Origin: Pocillopora damicornis
Taxonomy: Eukaryota
Reading direction: 5' to 3'
DNA length: 64,000 nucleotides
NCBI RefSeq assembly: GCF_003704095.1
Contig: NW_020844174.1
Coordinates: 310,001-374,000, forward strand
This document shows, piece after piece, positions 28,271-40,800 of the stretch. Under the pieces are notes generated by a model. The model was not told where the DNA came from. It searched no databases and worked only from the letters and a program-made list of their open reading frames with translations. Both the position numbers and the translations under genes were made by a program. The number at the start of each line of letters is the position of its first letter. Position 1 is the first letter of the stretch.

Positions 28271-28532
28271 GAACTAGAGATTGTATAACGACGCTAGGAA
28301 TACTTGTTTTTTCATGCAAAACAAAAAGCCGGCCGCATCCCACATATTTATGAGTAACAGTGACTTATTGACCTTCAAACAACAATTGAATGGTAACAAT
28401 TTATCATTTTTAAAAATAATAATAAGGATGATAACAGTAGTAATAGTTACAGTTAATATAACGTCACTGGTACTCTGTGAAGATAAATCTTTTGCAACAC
28501 CCCTTCTAGCGTCATTATACAACCTCTAGTTC
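28271..28532. mobile_element. Unclassified element bounded by 27-bp inverted repeats
   Basis: GAACTAGAGATTGTATAACGACGCTAG ... CTAGCGTCATTATACAACCTCTAGTTC (2 mismatches); explains the mirror-image MYNDAR ORFs. Confidence 0.65.
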
Positions 28533-30958
28533 CTTTAAATGCTATAAAAATCGTGCTATATCAGTAGACATGTGCAGTCTTAGACTACCTACTTTAAAAA
28601 TTTTATTTTGCTTTGTTTTTCACTGTAATGGCGCGATTAAATCTTACCTTCGCAAAAAGGAACCAAGGACACTTGCAAGTTGAGCTATTTTTTTGGTGGC
28701 ACCCGAAGCTTTGTATCCTTAAACGTTAACTTTTTTTCTCCAATAAGTAATTTAACGGAAAGAAGTGACAAAGTTTGATGATACATCATTATAAACGAGA
28801 ACGCAAAACTTCTGTTGAGATTAGATTTCCGTTGCCTCCTCAAGCTATTCTTTAAAATAGAAGTGTGAAATGTTTGGTGTAATTAGGAGGCTCTATGTTT
28901 CAGTTCACGCCCTCGACAAATCCTCCTGTACTTCCGCAGAGTTTCAGACTTCACCAACCAATCACTGATATCACGAGAATTATTGTGTCTCCCTATTTAA
29001 CAATGACCCCCTCGAAAACCACAAGCCAGGCGCGGTGAGAAAACTTTATATTATTTCATTTTTTGAGAGCGATGGAAAACAAGATAAATAGGGACCTGAA
29101 GACGCTTACAGTTCTTCGTGGTTCTTTAGGGGAGAAAAGTACTTTTATCCAAGTTGATACCAACGAAGGTTTTTCTTCAGTTTCCGATTTCAATATAAAA
29201 TTTAACACTGTCTTTATCAACGTACTTCAGTTTTCGAGATTAAATCGAGGGCAAACTCTTTTCACATCGGGGTCTTTCCTAGTATGGTTTTATAAAACAT
29301 CAATTCGAATGTTTCCTGCAATTGACTGGATGAATTAGCATTAAATATTTAATCCAGGAGAATATAATTAAACTTAATTGGATTTTGGGTGAAAATTATC
29401 TTTGCCCCATGAAATACCATTTATACAAAATGCCTCTTGATTGTTTTGACGTAAACCACATCTACGCAGTCTTGACCCTTTTCTGTTCGTGTTTTGACTG
29501 AATTTCAAAAAGGAGGGCCAAATTTGTCCATGAATTGATAAAGTCGTATCTTTGAAGTTGTTTTGCGGGAAGGGAAACTCTACCCTTGTCACTGAAAGAA
29601 TAAATTTTTGATTGGACAGTTTTGATTTTCTTTTGAATATTTAATAACGATTTTTCCACTTCTTTCCACATTCGCCTTTCGCACAGGTTATTTCTTTGAA
29701 CGAAAGAACAAAGGATTTTACGGGTTTTCCTCGATGTTGATATCAATAATGACAGTACCACATACTTTTTTGGATCGCAGCTACATGCAAATTAAATCTA
29801 GAAAAACGACCGGTTACTTAAGACAAGAACATGCACTTGAATTGTGTTGAATTTTTTCAACACAAATCCAAGATATATATTTTCATATCTTTATATCGTC
29901 ATATCGTCAATACTTAACGAATTCACACGGAATAAAAGGAAACTTTGATAAAAATCTTTTCTTGTCGTTCCTTATCTTCAAGGTTTGATCGCGGTTTAGG
30001 TTAATTATTTCAGAATTAACCAATTTTCGTCATCCATCGTTTTGGGAGGCAGTGGTTCTTATGGTTTCCCGTGGTTTGTCTGATTACAACAGAAAGTGCG
30101 TAATGCGAGTACGAGGAATTACGCGCCAATACACTTTCGCCATGAAATTGATTTTTTCTTCATTTTGTCGCTAAATTACACATTGATTGTTTTCTTCGCA
30201 AGATTTTTATCCAATGTAAGTCATAGGTTAAAAAAAAATGAAAGAAGGTCTTTTGTCACATCGAGTAACGTTTTTTTCCCAATTTTCCCATCGGGTAAAA
30301 CTCATACGATTTAAAAGTCTGTTTGTACTTGCTTTCTTCACATGTTTTGTTTTGACTAGAGTTTGGTTTCAAAAAAATTGAGGTCGATCTCGAAAAAGGA
30401 AATTCATAAGCAGCTTAATAGCATCGAATAGACATTTTTAATTCCATATGAGTCTAATTCTTGTAAAATTGGTTTTACATTTGCATACTTACCTTTACTC
30501 GACTAGTTTTCAATTAAATAAGCGAATTTCGCTCCGATTCAAAAGCTGTTTTTTTTTCGTTTAACTTCTAACATGATTGTTTGTTACGACTGTTACAAAT
30601 AAAATAATGGAGTCTCCCTGCGTTATTTTATGCTTCTCAAACTTAGCTTTTAAACAGTTTCCTGATTATAATCCAACAGGTTCATTCGGGAAGACTTCTG
30701 AAATAATCTCGAATATTCAAAAACAAAAATCAAATCAAGATAGATGACCATGAAAAATTTAAGGATATTTACGTCTTTGTCTTTGGAACTCAAGCTTTCT
30801 GGTGATAATCCACAAAACGTTTATGTTCAAGCGTCCTTGCAGTTCAAAATCAAGGATGTCTGTAAAAAAATCCAAATTTCTTCAATAAAGAGTGGTAGTG
30901 ATTACTGAAGCGTAAAGCGGTAAACAAAGAGAAACGAGCTGTAAAGTTACGTAATTAT

Positions 30959-31621
30959 CTATTCAGTTGATTCACCAGATGCGCCATCTTTCGTGGGTTC
31001 TTTCTCTGCTAAAGAGGGCTGAGGATCAGCTACAAGTAATACTTCATTATGACGGCCAAACAGCCGGAAAGGTGGATCATGGCCGGCTGCAATATACATA
31101 TTCTTCACATAACCCTTGCCGTCTCTCTCCAAGGCCTCTGTGAGTTTCTTCTCGTTCTCTCGCCAATCCTTGTCTTTCGCGAAACCACCAAAACTCGAGG
31201 CGTACATAACACAGCCGTCAACTTTCTCATGGAATACCGCTTTATCCTTAGGTACTGGAGGTGTGGCTTGGAACTCGGCTGGGGTGTAAAAAGACATAGT
31301 GAAGGCCTTGCATTTTCCTTCGTTGTCGAGTTCGACTTGGGAATGAACAGGCACAGTCATGGCCATTTTCTTTTCCCCTTCGTTCTCTCCCCTGATGTAG
31401 TTGAAGAGTCTCCAGAATCCGGTACTTGAGCAATTTTCTAGGTTTCCGTCTTCAAACCTTGTCTTGACCCAGTGAGAGTCTTCATACAAGCGAACTTCGT
31501 AACCATCTTTGCATTCGAGAACCTTGTAGCGCGGGCCTTCGGAACCTCGATAGCTTTCGGGAATGTGGAATTCGCTTGTGTCCACCTTGGGTTTCTCTCC
31601 GCCTTTCAACCAATTCAACAT
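30959..31621 (-). CDS. HEBP2: SOUL/heme-binding protein 2-like (220 aa), intronless
   Basis: ATG at 31621 (MLNWLKGG). SOUL motifs PRYKVL..YEVRLY, GFWRLFNYIRGEN..KKMAMTVPV, MSFY.P, PPVPKDKAV, YASSFGG, AGHDPPFRLFGRHNEV. Confidence 0.9.
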   Translation of the reverse strand: MLNWLKGGEKPKVDTSEFHIPESYRGSEGPRYKVLECKDGYEVRLYEDSHWVKTRFEDGNLENCSSTGFWRLFNYIRGENEGEKKMAMTVPVHSQVELDNEGKCKAFTMSFYTPAEFQATPPVPKDKAVFHEKVDGCVMYASSFGGFAKDKDWRENEKKLTEALERDGKGYVKNMYIAAGHDPPFRLFGRHNEVLLVADPQPSLAEKEPTKDGASGESTE

Positions 31622-31773
31622 GGCTGCCTGAGTATTTGGAGCGACGAGAGATGATACGAACTTAATCTGAGAGATCACAGCGAGTGATCGTACGTACAAG
31701 CGTAAGTTCGCCCAATGGCCGATTGCGTTACACGGGTAACTGGTCTCCGTGACCGTATGACGTGACTGTTCCC

Positions 31774-31916
31774 TGGTCTACGTGTAGCCGTACCCTCCCC
31801 CCGCAAGGTGAAACAGAGGCGAGGGAATAGTCACTTCATATGGTCACGGTGACCAGTAACGCGTGTTCCCTCGCTTCCTTTTCACTTGGGGGGCGAGTAC
31901 GGCTACACGTAGGCTA
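31774..31916. mobile_element. Hairpin MITE with T(A/G)G...CTA termini and 9-bp TSD
   Basis: CTACGTGTAGCCGTAC / GTACGGCTACACGTAG inverted, pairing continues inward; TSD ACTGTTCCC at 31765-31773 and 31917-31925. Confidence 0.85.
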
Positions 31917-33004
31917 ACTGTTCCCTCACCTACAACCTGCCATCAAGCGTTGTCTTTCTCGAGGGGGGAGGGGAAGGGGACAGGAGGAAACCCTCCAAGC
32001 TTCATCTTAAAGGACGGAAAATGTTTTTTTAAACATTGGTTTAGATTTGAGGTCATCCTTTGGAAACCATAACTTTTAAATTTTTCTACACTAACTTTTT
32101 AACCTTAGATCGTCCTATCATCGGTCAGACGTGAGCTAGAGGGGTGAAGCGACCACTCTGAAAGTGAACAGAGCCCAAAATCATTATGACGAGCACGGAG
32201 GAGTCAAAAAGAAATGCTGCAGACGAAAATAGACAAAATACCATTTTCCTCCCATCTACCACCAAATTCCCTTGCCACGCTGCGTTCCGCGTTTGCGTTT
32301 TTTGTTAATGATTCAGGTGCGATCCCGTTGATGAGACAAATCGAACATTTCATTGTCCTTTCCTATCTCTTTACTTGGGATTACGTTATCTCTTCTTGTC
32401 CTTAAGGTATCCTGTTGGGCAGAGTATTCCTAAAGAATAGGGAAACGATGACTCAAGTGCGGCCTGCTTCACGCTCCTCCAGACTCTCATTCTGAGGAGG
32501 AGAACGAAAAAGTGGGCGCACAAAATATGGCGTGCGTACTTAGATTCGCTCGCTGGCCATTTTTTGCGCTTTTCCGCTTGTCTCGACCGGCTAACTATTA
32601 CTTAAAACTTAGCAGAGGCATTGGCCAACTAACTCTTACTCAAAATACCGTACTCTGCTGCCGTTACTCGAGAGCTCTTTACAATAATACCCTCGCTCCC
32701 AGAGCTGCTGAAACGAAGCATTATGGCAAGCGGCGCGGTGATGGCGACGTAGCGATAAAAGGAGGGAGACTTGGGCCGGGTCAAACAAAAGAGAGAGGCA
32801 TAACCGGGTCGTATGGAAATAGGACTCCATGAATGGCCCAAAATACTGACTCGCTGGGTGGAGCATAGTTTTATCTTCATTAACAAGTTTTAATTGTAAG
32901 TAATTTTTGCGTGATTTTTGTCAAAGACTAATAATGTAAGTAGAGGTAAGGAAGTTATCCTCCCAGGTAAGCTGCAATCAAAGAAATTACTGAAAAGAGG
33001 CGTT

Positions 33005-33065
33005 AAAAAATTCAGACCGACGGGATTTGAGCCCGTGCAGCAGTGCATCACGGGCACCACTACCA
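33005..33065 (-). mobile_element. tRNA-derived SINE head fragment
   Basis: Minus strand reads tggtagtggtgcccg...cacgggctcaaatcccgtcggtctgaatttttt (B-box-like stem-loop plus T run). Confidence 0.35.
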
Positions 33066-34680
33066 AAACTATTTACGATAATAAAGAAGCTTTTATAAAA
33101 CGCGGTAAGTTATGACTAAAACCGCCTTACCACTACTTTCAATTCTGAAAAGCAAAAGCAACAACCTCCTTTTTTTTTAGTTTTGAGGGGGCTCCCACAG
33201 GAAACGAACTAAATGTTACTTAGGTTCAAATTCAAATGATTCCAGATGTTATTGTTTGCGTAAATTCAGTTAAATGAGAGTGTTGACTACTTTTTCGCTT
33301 TTATCTAGGATAGCCTTTTTTCCTCTTCATGTTCACATATTTTATTTCAGTTTTCGCACGAAAGGCAGATTTACGCATTAGGACATTCGTTGCAAAATTA
33401 TTCTCAGTTCTATCTTGTGTCAAAAGACGCCAGAAATTCTCATACTTTAGCTGTACATCATGAGGGGTCTCTTTCAAAACGCAGATATAAGATATTTTTG
33501 TAAAGCATGGTGGAATTAAACTACAATCAGATGTTATCGATTTGATTCTTTGTATTGAGTTTAAAGAGCTCTTGTTATTTCACACGACACAAAAAAGCAA
33601 ATTCTTGGAGAGAGTTCAGAATCGCGCAGCGTTGATTGAAGTCGCTAATACCAGAGAACAAACGGAAAAAATAAAACACGCAATCAAAACGCCCAAGAGG
33701 CAAAGCGTTTTCTTATCAGTCATTTCCAGCTCATGCAAGCTTGGAACTTTCTAGTATTCAACTGTAGTTATTTTTTTCTTTTTTTTTTTTTTCGCGTCTG
33801 AGAGTTGTGTATTGATCAGCATGAAACCTCATGCTGAAAGTCGGATATGGAGTTTGATGTTAAGTGCTTCCTCAATCCTAAGACCATTTGACTCTAGAGT
33901 GGTCAAGAGTTATTCGCACTATTTATTATTGTCATCTTATTTTGAAAGAGTGCGACTGACACAGCTCACCATCTCTCTTTATAACATAAAAGATAAAATA
34001 AGATAAAATCTTGTAACTATATTTCCGAGCTCAGATTTTGTAGGAGCCGCGCAAAATTCATCCCACGACATTCATCACCAAGCGAGTAAATATTTTTTCA
34101 ATAGACACCTGGAGATATGATTATTTGATGTATGTTGTGGAAGGATTAATTGGTTGCTGATGGCCGTTTATACGGCATGATGAGAAATCGGAAATGTTTA
34201 CTTGGCAATAAACCACCTGCAAACAGATAAGCACCATTATACCTTGACAAGTTCGTTTTATTTTGCAGCCTACGGGTGAGAAATAACCAATAAAAAACCA
34301 ATTGAGTAAAAATGTCGTGATTTTCCTACCATGTTCGTGACAAATTTTCTTAACCTGTTGGCACAAAGACATGTAATATAAGTTTCGGAAACAATGGAAC
34401 GTTACCAGGCCGGTTTCATTATTTTACAGGGTTCGGGAACGATCTCTCTGGAACAACAGGATATCAAACTTGCTAATCTCAATTTCGCAATAAACATTCA
34501 CTTAGTTTTATTTAATTTGTAGAACAATGAAAACATATTTTTTTACAAGTTTGATCTTACGCCGTTTATTTTTCGGTGTCATTGGTCCTGTAATTTCCAA
34601 AAGCTAATTAAGTTTACACGCCGTAAACGCTGCCAAATGTCACAACATGCCTATCTCTGACCTTCAACCTTAAGTCCTTT

Positions 34681-34712
34681 TGACGTAATTGGCTCCAACA
34701 TCTACATATAAA
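34681..34712 (+). promoter_or_regulatory. ShK-gene core promoter (CRE-like, CCAAT, TATA)
   Basis: TGACGTAA 34681-34688, ATTGG 34688-34692, TATAAA 34707-34712, ~110 bp before ATG 34821. Confidence 0.5.
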
Positions 34713-34820
34713 GGCTCCACTTTGTGAATTGGGTGTAGAATATCTAGCTTAAAGCGAGACAGTATTCACGTCCGCATCGAAAGGGTCAACAAATTGTCGA
34801 ATCCAGAGGAAAGAGAGTCT

Positions 34821-37800
34821 ATGGCTTGTCTTAAAGAAATCGCTACGTTTTTGTTTCTTGGGTTCTTGCTGGATTTCTCAAGAGCAAGATATAATGATAA
34901 ACGTAGGTATAATTACAATTGAAAACAACCACACACCACGTTTCTCTATAAAAAAAACAACTTCCTCTGGTTACAAAGATTTCCTGGTACAACATGGCCA
35001 CATCCGTACTTCAATTACTTGTAATACTTGTGTGATAATCAGTGAAGAAAAAATGTTTAAATTGCTACATCAAATCTCAATTTCAGAGCTCACAGCGTTC
35101 GGCACAGACCAAAACATCGATAGAACTCAAGAGTCGTTGATACTCAATTCATGGATGGAATCAGAGAGAGTGACTTTTGGAAGGTTGAAACGTCAAATTA
35201 AATCAAAGAAGAGGACCTCGAGATATCGTTTGCCATACTTCCCTCTATATCCAATAGACCTACCAGGTAATTGTTCATCTATTACCCAGTTACACTTGTT
35301 TAAAGGAAGCAATTCGTGTTAAGTTTTGATAGTGGCGTGCATTGTCAGAAGTTAGTCATTAAGTTGCAAACGATATACTCATCTGTTCCACTAAGGCATA
35401 CATCTTATCTTGGCTTCATTAGCGATGACGATTTGCAGACACTCTTAGTCAGCGTAAAGAAAAAGGAATTAACTCTCTCCTAACACTTTGGTATTATTAT
35501 TTATTTGCACGGATTTTTATGGCGAGATTCAAGCTGCTTAGCATGCTCCAAGTGATTTTTTTGTACAAAATAATCTCTCCAACCTCTCCAACCTCTCTGC
35601 CACACGTTCTATTTAAAGATCAAAGAAACTTGCCGCCATACCTTCTCGAAGTTTCTCGGTTCAAATGTTTCTTACAATTTAGCCTTTTTTCGTCATTCAG
35701 TAAAGCGAAATCTATAAATCTCATATTTTAATGATTCTTTAACTGATATGTCAAAATTTTTCTGGTTGTTTAGATTTTCATTGATTTGTTTCGTTAAAAA
35801 TCATTTATGTTATGAAAAGTTGTAAAATTTTCTCTAAATGATATTATGGTTATCATAACGAAAACAAAGTTAAATTATACTCGGTGATATGAATGTAGTC
35901 ACATGGTAATAAACCCATTATGAAAAGTTAAAGTGATAAATCTTCCCTTCTTTAAATTTGTCAACTGACTTCAAAGGATGAAAACTATAAAACTTTGTCG
36001 AAGCAAGTCCGGAAACACTAAACCAACAAATGCTTATTGAAAGATTAGACTGGGTCACACTTTTACCCCAAATGGAATTACGCAGGTTTTTAAAACAAAC
36101 CGTCGAATCTCCTCTAATCTTACAATAATGTGAGAATTACGAGAATTTGGATCAGATCAAATGAAACTCGACAACGTCGTATTAAAACTGACATAGAATA
36201 CCAGAACAAGTGTGTGTGTGTGTGAGAAATTTAATAATGTGATACGTGAGTGTGGCGAGTTTTTGTAATAAATCTTTTCTTTCTTTATTCCTGTTTTCGT
36301 TTCGAAAAAGAGAATATCGATAATTAAATTTCATTCCTGAGCTGCTTTTTCAGCCTATCGCAGAGAAACGAACGCTTCAAAACAATGTTTAAATGTACTG
36401 AGAGGAGAGACTTTTCTCCCGATGTTCTTTCCTTATCCAGCAGACTAAACATACCGAAACTCGAACTCGTTAAGAGTTGGCCTCATCAGTATTCATCAAA
36501 AAAGTATTAGATGTATCAAAACCCTGAAAGAATTCCAAGCCAATCAAATAAGTACGCACAAGTGACTGATATCAGTAAGAATGAGCAGAGAGCATTCTAT
36601 TAATTAACACGGCGCTGTCAACATATCTAATCCTATGCCTACTGCGGATTTCTCACCAGTGAAAGTGTGAAGACACAACAGTGGTGTTATAACACACGCC
36701 AGGAGTTAAGTTAACTTAAGGTTGTATAGCTGATATGCTCTGCTGTGCGGCTCAATTCATGTCTCCATTCCAAACATTTTTAAACAGCACTTATGAATCA
36801 GATCAACAACAACATCTGGTTCGTCTCCGCTGATCACTAACCTGTAAAATTCTTCCGGTCCCTCTTGAGTACAAAAATACCAAACATCTTATTTTTCAAG
36901 AAAGATGTTTTTTCGTCTTGTCACCAGCGTGGAACAAAGAAAAATTCTGAGTTCTCATGAGGAATCGAACCTCAGACCTTCGGATTTGCGCTCCTATGCT
37001 CTACCACTGAGTCACAAAGACTCTTCGGTGAGCGGGGTCTATTACGAAGTTCTAATGGCACGCGTCCTGTCAAAAACATTACGCTATCGACATTGCTGAT
37101 CCTAGCAGTATGCAGGACGCGTGTCATTAGAACTTCGTAATAGACCTCGCTCACCGTGGAGTCTCTGTGGCTCAGTGGTAGAGCATCGGAGCGCAAATCC
37201 GAAGGTCTGAGGTTCGATTCCTCATGGGGACTCAGAATTTTTTCTTTGTCCCACGCTCGTGACAAGACGAAAAAACATCTTTCTTAATTCTTCATCGAAC
37301 TCAAAACTTACCATCTCTACTTTTCTGTCATCTTATTTTTCACTTTCAAAGGGACCTACTCTTAAAAGTGAAATTCACCTGAACAGCTTATGGTGAAGGT
37401 TGTATTGTTTTCAATAATCTTGGCAAACACGAGAAAACGATATGCTCTGCTTTCGGTGTAACCGGAATACAAAAATATCTTTTTGTTTCCTCTGAATAGA
37501 ATCACTTCCCTTCAGTTTTTCTGCTGGCACGCAGTAATTCTTTTAAGATGCTTGAGTTATTATGCTACGTACCTATACAAACGCCTACAATTCACTGGAA
37601 TATGGGAAGTCGCTGAGCTTATTTTAAGCACAAAACAACAACTTTAAAAACAACAACTAGATTTGAAGCTGTCAACTGGTACATACTGCTAACGTGTGCT
37701 GGCTAAAAAATGCAACGACATATTCACTTTCCTCTTTGTCAGCCGACCTGTATTTAAAAATTCTTCAGATCCGTATGTAACATGCATGATTTGAAGTCAA

Positions 37801-40800
37801 TCTTTTTATTAAAAAATCATTTTTCTCTTTTGTCCGCCGTAAGCGCAGCTCTCGAGGGCGTGAGTAGTTTTCCAGATGTACCACCTCCAGTGCGTAAATC
37901 AGAGTTATTGAGGCGTTTTAAGTAACCTCGCTAATCAATCCTATTTAGTCTGTCTCGATCGCGAACCTTTGCGTCATTTATACTTAATGGTTCAAATATT
38001 GCCTGTTGAACTGGTTCCAAGCTGTTTTTGTTGTTTTTTTTTATCAGCTTTCTCAACTTGCTTTTTCCTGTTTTCATTTTAAATATTTATGGAAAGACAG
38101 GAAACTGTTCTGACGAATTAGCTCAAAAGCTGCCTGCCTGACAGGTCATGTAGGCAATAGGTTCCATTGAAATCCGTAGAATTCTGAAAAAGGCATTTAC
38201 ATTCTGAAAACGTAATGAAAGTTATGCGTCCTTAAATAAACGGAAAATGTGTTTCGTCCTCACAAACAGTGATCACCAGCAACGGAGACGCTCGATAGCA
38301 TCCTTATACATGCGCATAATATGCACCTCATCATCCCACCGAAAAAACGCTAAACGTAGATGATGTTAGTAGGTGGACGAGTGAATTTTTGACTAGGGTT
38401 TAAGTTCTCAAATTCCTCTTCTGCTTTTTCGATGGACAGCTGACCCATAGGAACGTGGAGGGTAAAGCTAACCGTTCTGTTGTCGTTTTGCTAATTGAGT
38501 TTTGCTGTAAAATGTGTGACGGCGTTACTTTAATTTTTTTTTTTGCTTCACATTGTAGAGTGTAAAGACAAGGAACGTGAAGCAAAGAGTGGAATGTGTA
38601 AATCCTGGGCAAAGTCTGATTACTGTAAAAAAGCAAAGTCCGTGATGGAAACGTACTGCCCGAAGGAATGCGGATTTTGCAGTAAGTTGCTGTTTACTCT
38701 CCAGAATATCTTGCTCCACTCGTCACTCTTTTGGTTCCCCGTCTATTACTCGTGAGGGGGGAGGGGGATACAATAAGTCGGGTGGTATAAAATTTGTCGG
38801 GTGGTCGAAATTAAACTGAGGCACCTTATACGTGACGGATTTACTGCGCGTAAAATAAAACAAAATGTCTTCAACACTCGGAGCAAACGTATTAAAAAGT
38901 GATGTTCTGATGTACTATATGCGAGTTGGACTGTATAGCTGGCAACAGCCGTGAGTTAGATGAAGTGAATCCTGTCTTGTGATTGGCTACTGGTGGGCTT
39001 GCCTTGATTGTGCTCGTAAAATACTGAAAAGTTGCCAAACATTTGTCAAAAATCCACATAGTTTCTACCTGAATATCAAAAGATGCTACTTAAATTTCTG
39101 GATAGGAAGTTACGTTATTATTCAACTTATTAATTTAAAGACGAGCACACGCCGTTACAGTTGGCATTCTCATTGCCCAGCGCTCGAAACAAACCTGTAA
39201 TCTTGGTCCTTATTTTAAAAGCGTAAGATAAATCCATTATATATTGACCAAGCTTGATTAATCAAGGATACCGGATATTAACCTGATTCTTTTTTATTTG
39301 CGGTTTTGTGGATCTCGACTCGTCTTGGTCCATGAAAATAGAGAAAAAAAGAACTCAACCAATATCCAACCATCTCGACCTCGCGCTTATTCAGTATCAC
39401 ATGTATATGTAATCAGATTATAGCATGAACAAAAAGCACTCCTGCTAGAAATAAACCTAAGGGCTGAATAAATTAAAGTGGTAGACATAACACTGTACAA
39501 CGAAACATTTCCTATTGTGTTTTGCCAAGTTATGTTTAATATCGAAAGTAAAACTGATGATCTTATCTCATCTGTCACGCCACTTTGTTAATTTTTTACT
39601 CATATTCCGGGAAAAAGAGGATGTTTTGTAATTGTCGGGAGTTCGAGAAACAGAAGGAACTTAAATAATTCATGGACGGCATTCTAACGACGACGACATC
39701 GGTTGCTTAAGCACTTACAAGAGAGCGTTTGGAGAGAGCAGAAGAAAATTTACAACAAGCTTACAGCCATGGCTGAAATTGTTGAAGAATTTGAGAGGAA
39801 AGCGAGATTTAAAGATGAAATTGAAGCTGATTTAATCCGAAAGAAGCTCGAAACACTGGTGATCAGCATCCTGACGAAAGTCGAGCAGAGAGACGAGCGG
39901 TTTGAGAGCACTCTTATCCACAGCGGGAGTGTTTACGAAGGAGCTAAAGTTCGCCAGCCAGATGAATTCGACTTCATGGTGAAACTTAACTCTCTCACGA
40001 ACAAGCCATCCTTTCATCAGTGCGAAAAGAGAGAAGGTTACGTTAAGCTCGCTCTGGAAGAAACCGAATGGAGGGAATTTCAAGACGAAGAGGGCTTCTT
40101 CAGTCCAAACATGGTCTGTCGCCATTTTAAGAAACTCGTGAACGAATGTTTAAGCGAGGCAGAAGTACCAAAGGAACTTCAGATCCGGCGAGCTAGTCAA
40201 GAATTGTTGGGTGGGTCGTGGGGACCGGTGTTTTCTGACATACTCGGTAGCAGTGGTGCTGAAGACAGTGCATCTGGAGTGATTTACTCCGAAACTCACG
40301 GCCCAGCCACAACACTTTACATCGATTGGCAAGGCGGAGAGACTTACAAAGGTCTCACTGTTAGTGTCGACCTGACCCTTACAATAGAGTACCCCTTATC
40401 CAGCCTCCCTGTTCAGTTGAGGAGCATCCCGCAAGAAGCAGAAGCGATCCTTCATGAGAAAGGATTTCAAGTGGTACCTGCTGCCTTTGATATGTGGCGT
40501 GTATCGTTTTCCACTGCCGAGCGAAGGATGCTCACCTCTGCTCCAGATGGCTTTAAAACATGTTACCGAGTTCTTAAAACTCTACGTGATGACATCTCAG
40601 AGAAACTAATGCTAGAATCCTCCCTGTTGCCGTCGTATATGTTTAAAACAGTCCTTTTGTCAGAGCTCTTTTCCAAGCCGACCCATTTCTGGGAAAATGA
40701 AATTCTGTCACAAAGAATCATTCACGTCTTAGAAATTGTTTTGCAAGGGGTGAAACGGGGAGAAATTCAGAACTTCCTCATACCAAGATGCAATCAGCTG

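Noticed and set aside
29063-29761. Cluster of 70-100-aa ORFs or a pseudogene
   Set aside because: No recognisable motif in the frames examined; non-ATG starts
32400-32900. Telomerase RNA or RNase P/MRP RNA
   Set aside because: No CTAACCCTAA template and no recognisable conserved regions
37161-37232. Genuine tRNA-Cys(GCA) gene
   Set aside because: Anticodon loop has G32/C33 rather than Y32/U33, and the unit sits inside a TSD-flanked repeat with a mutated inverted twin
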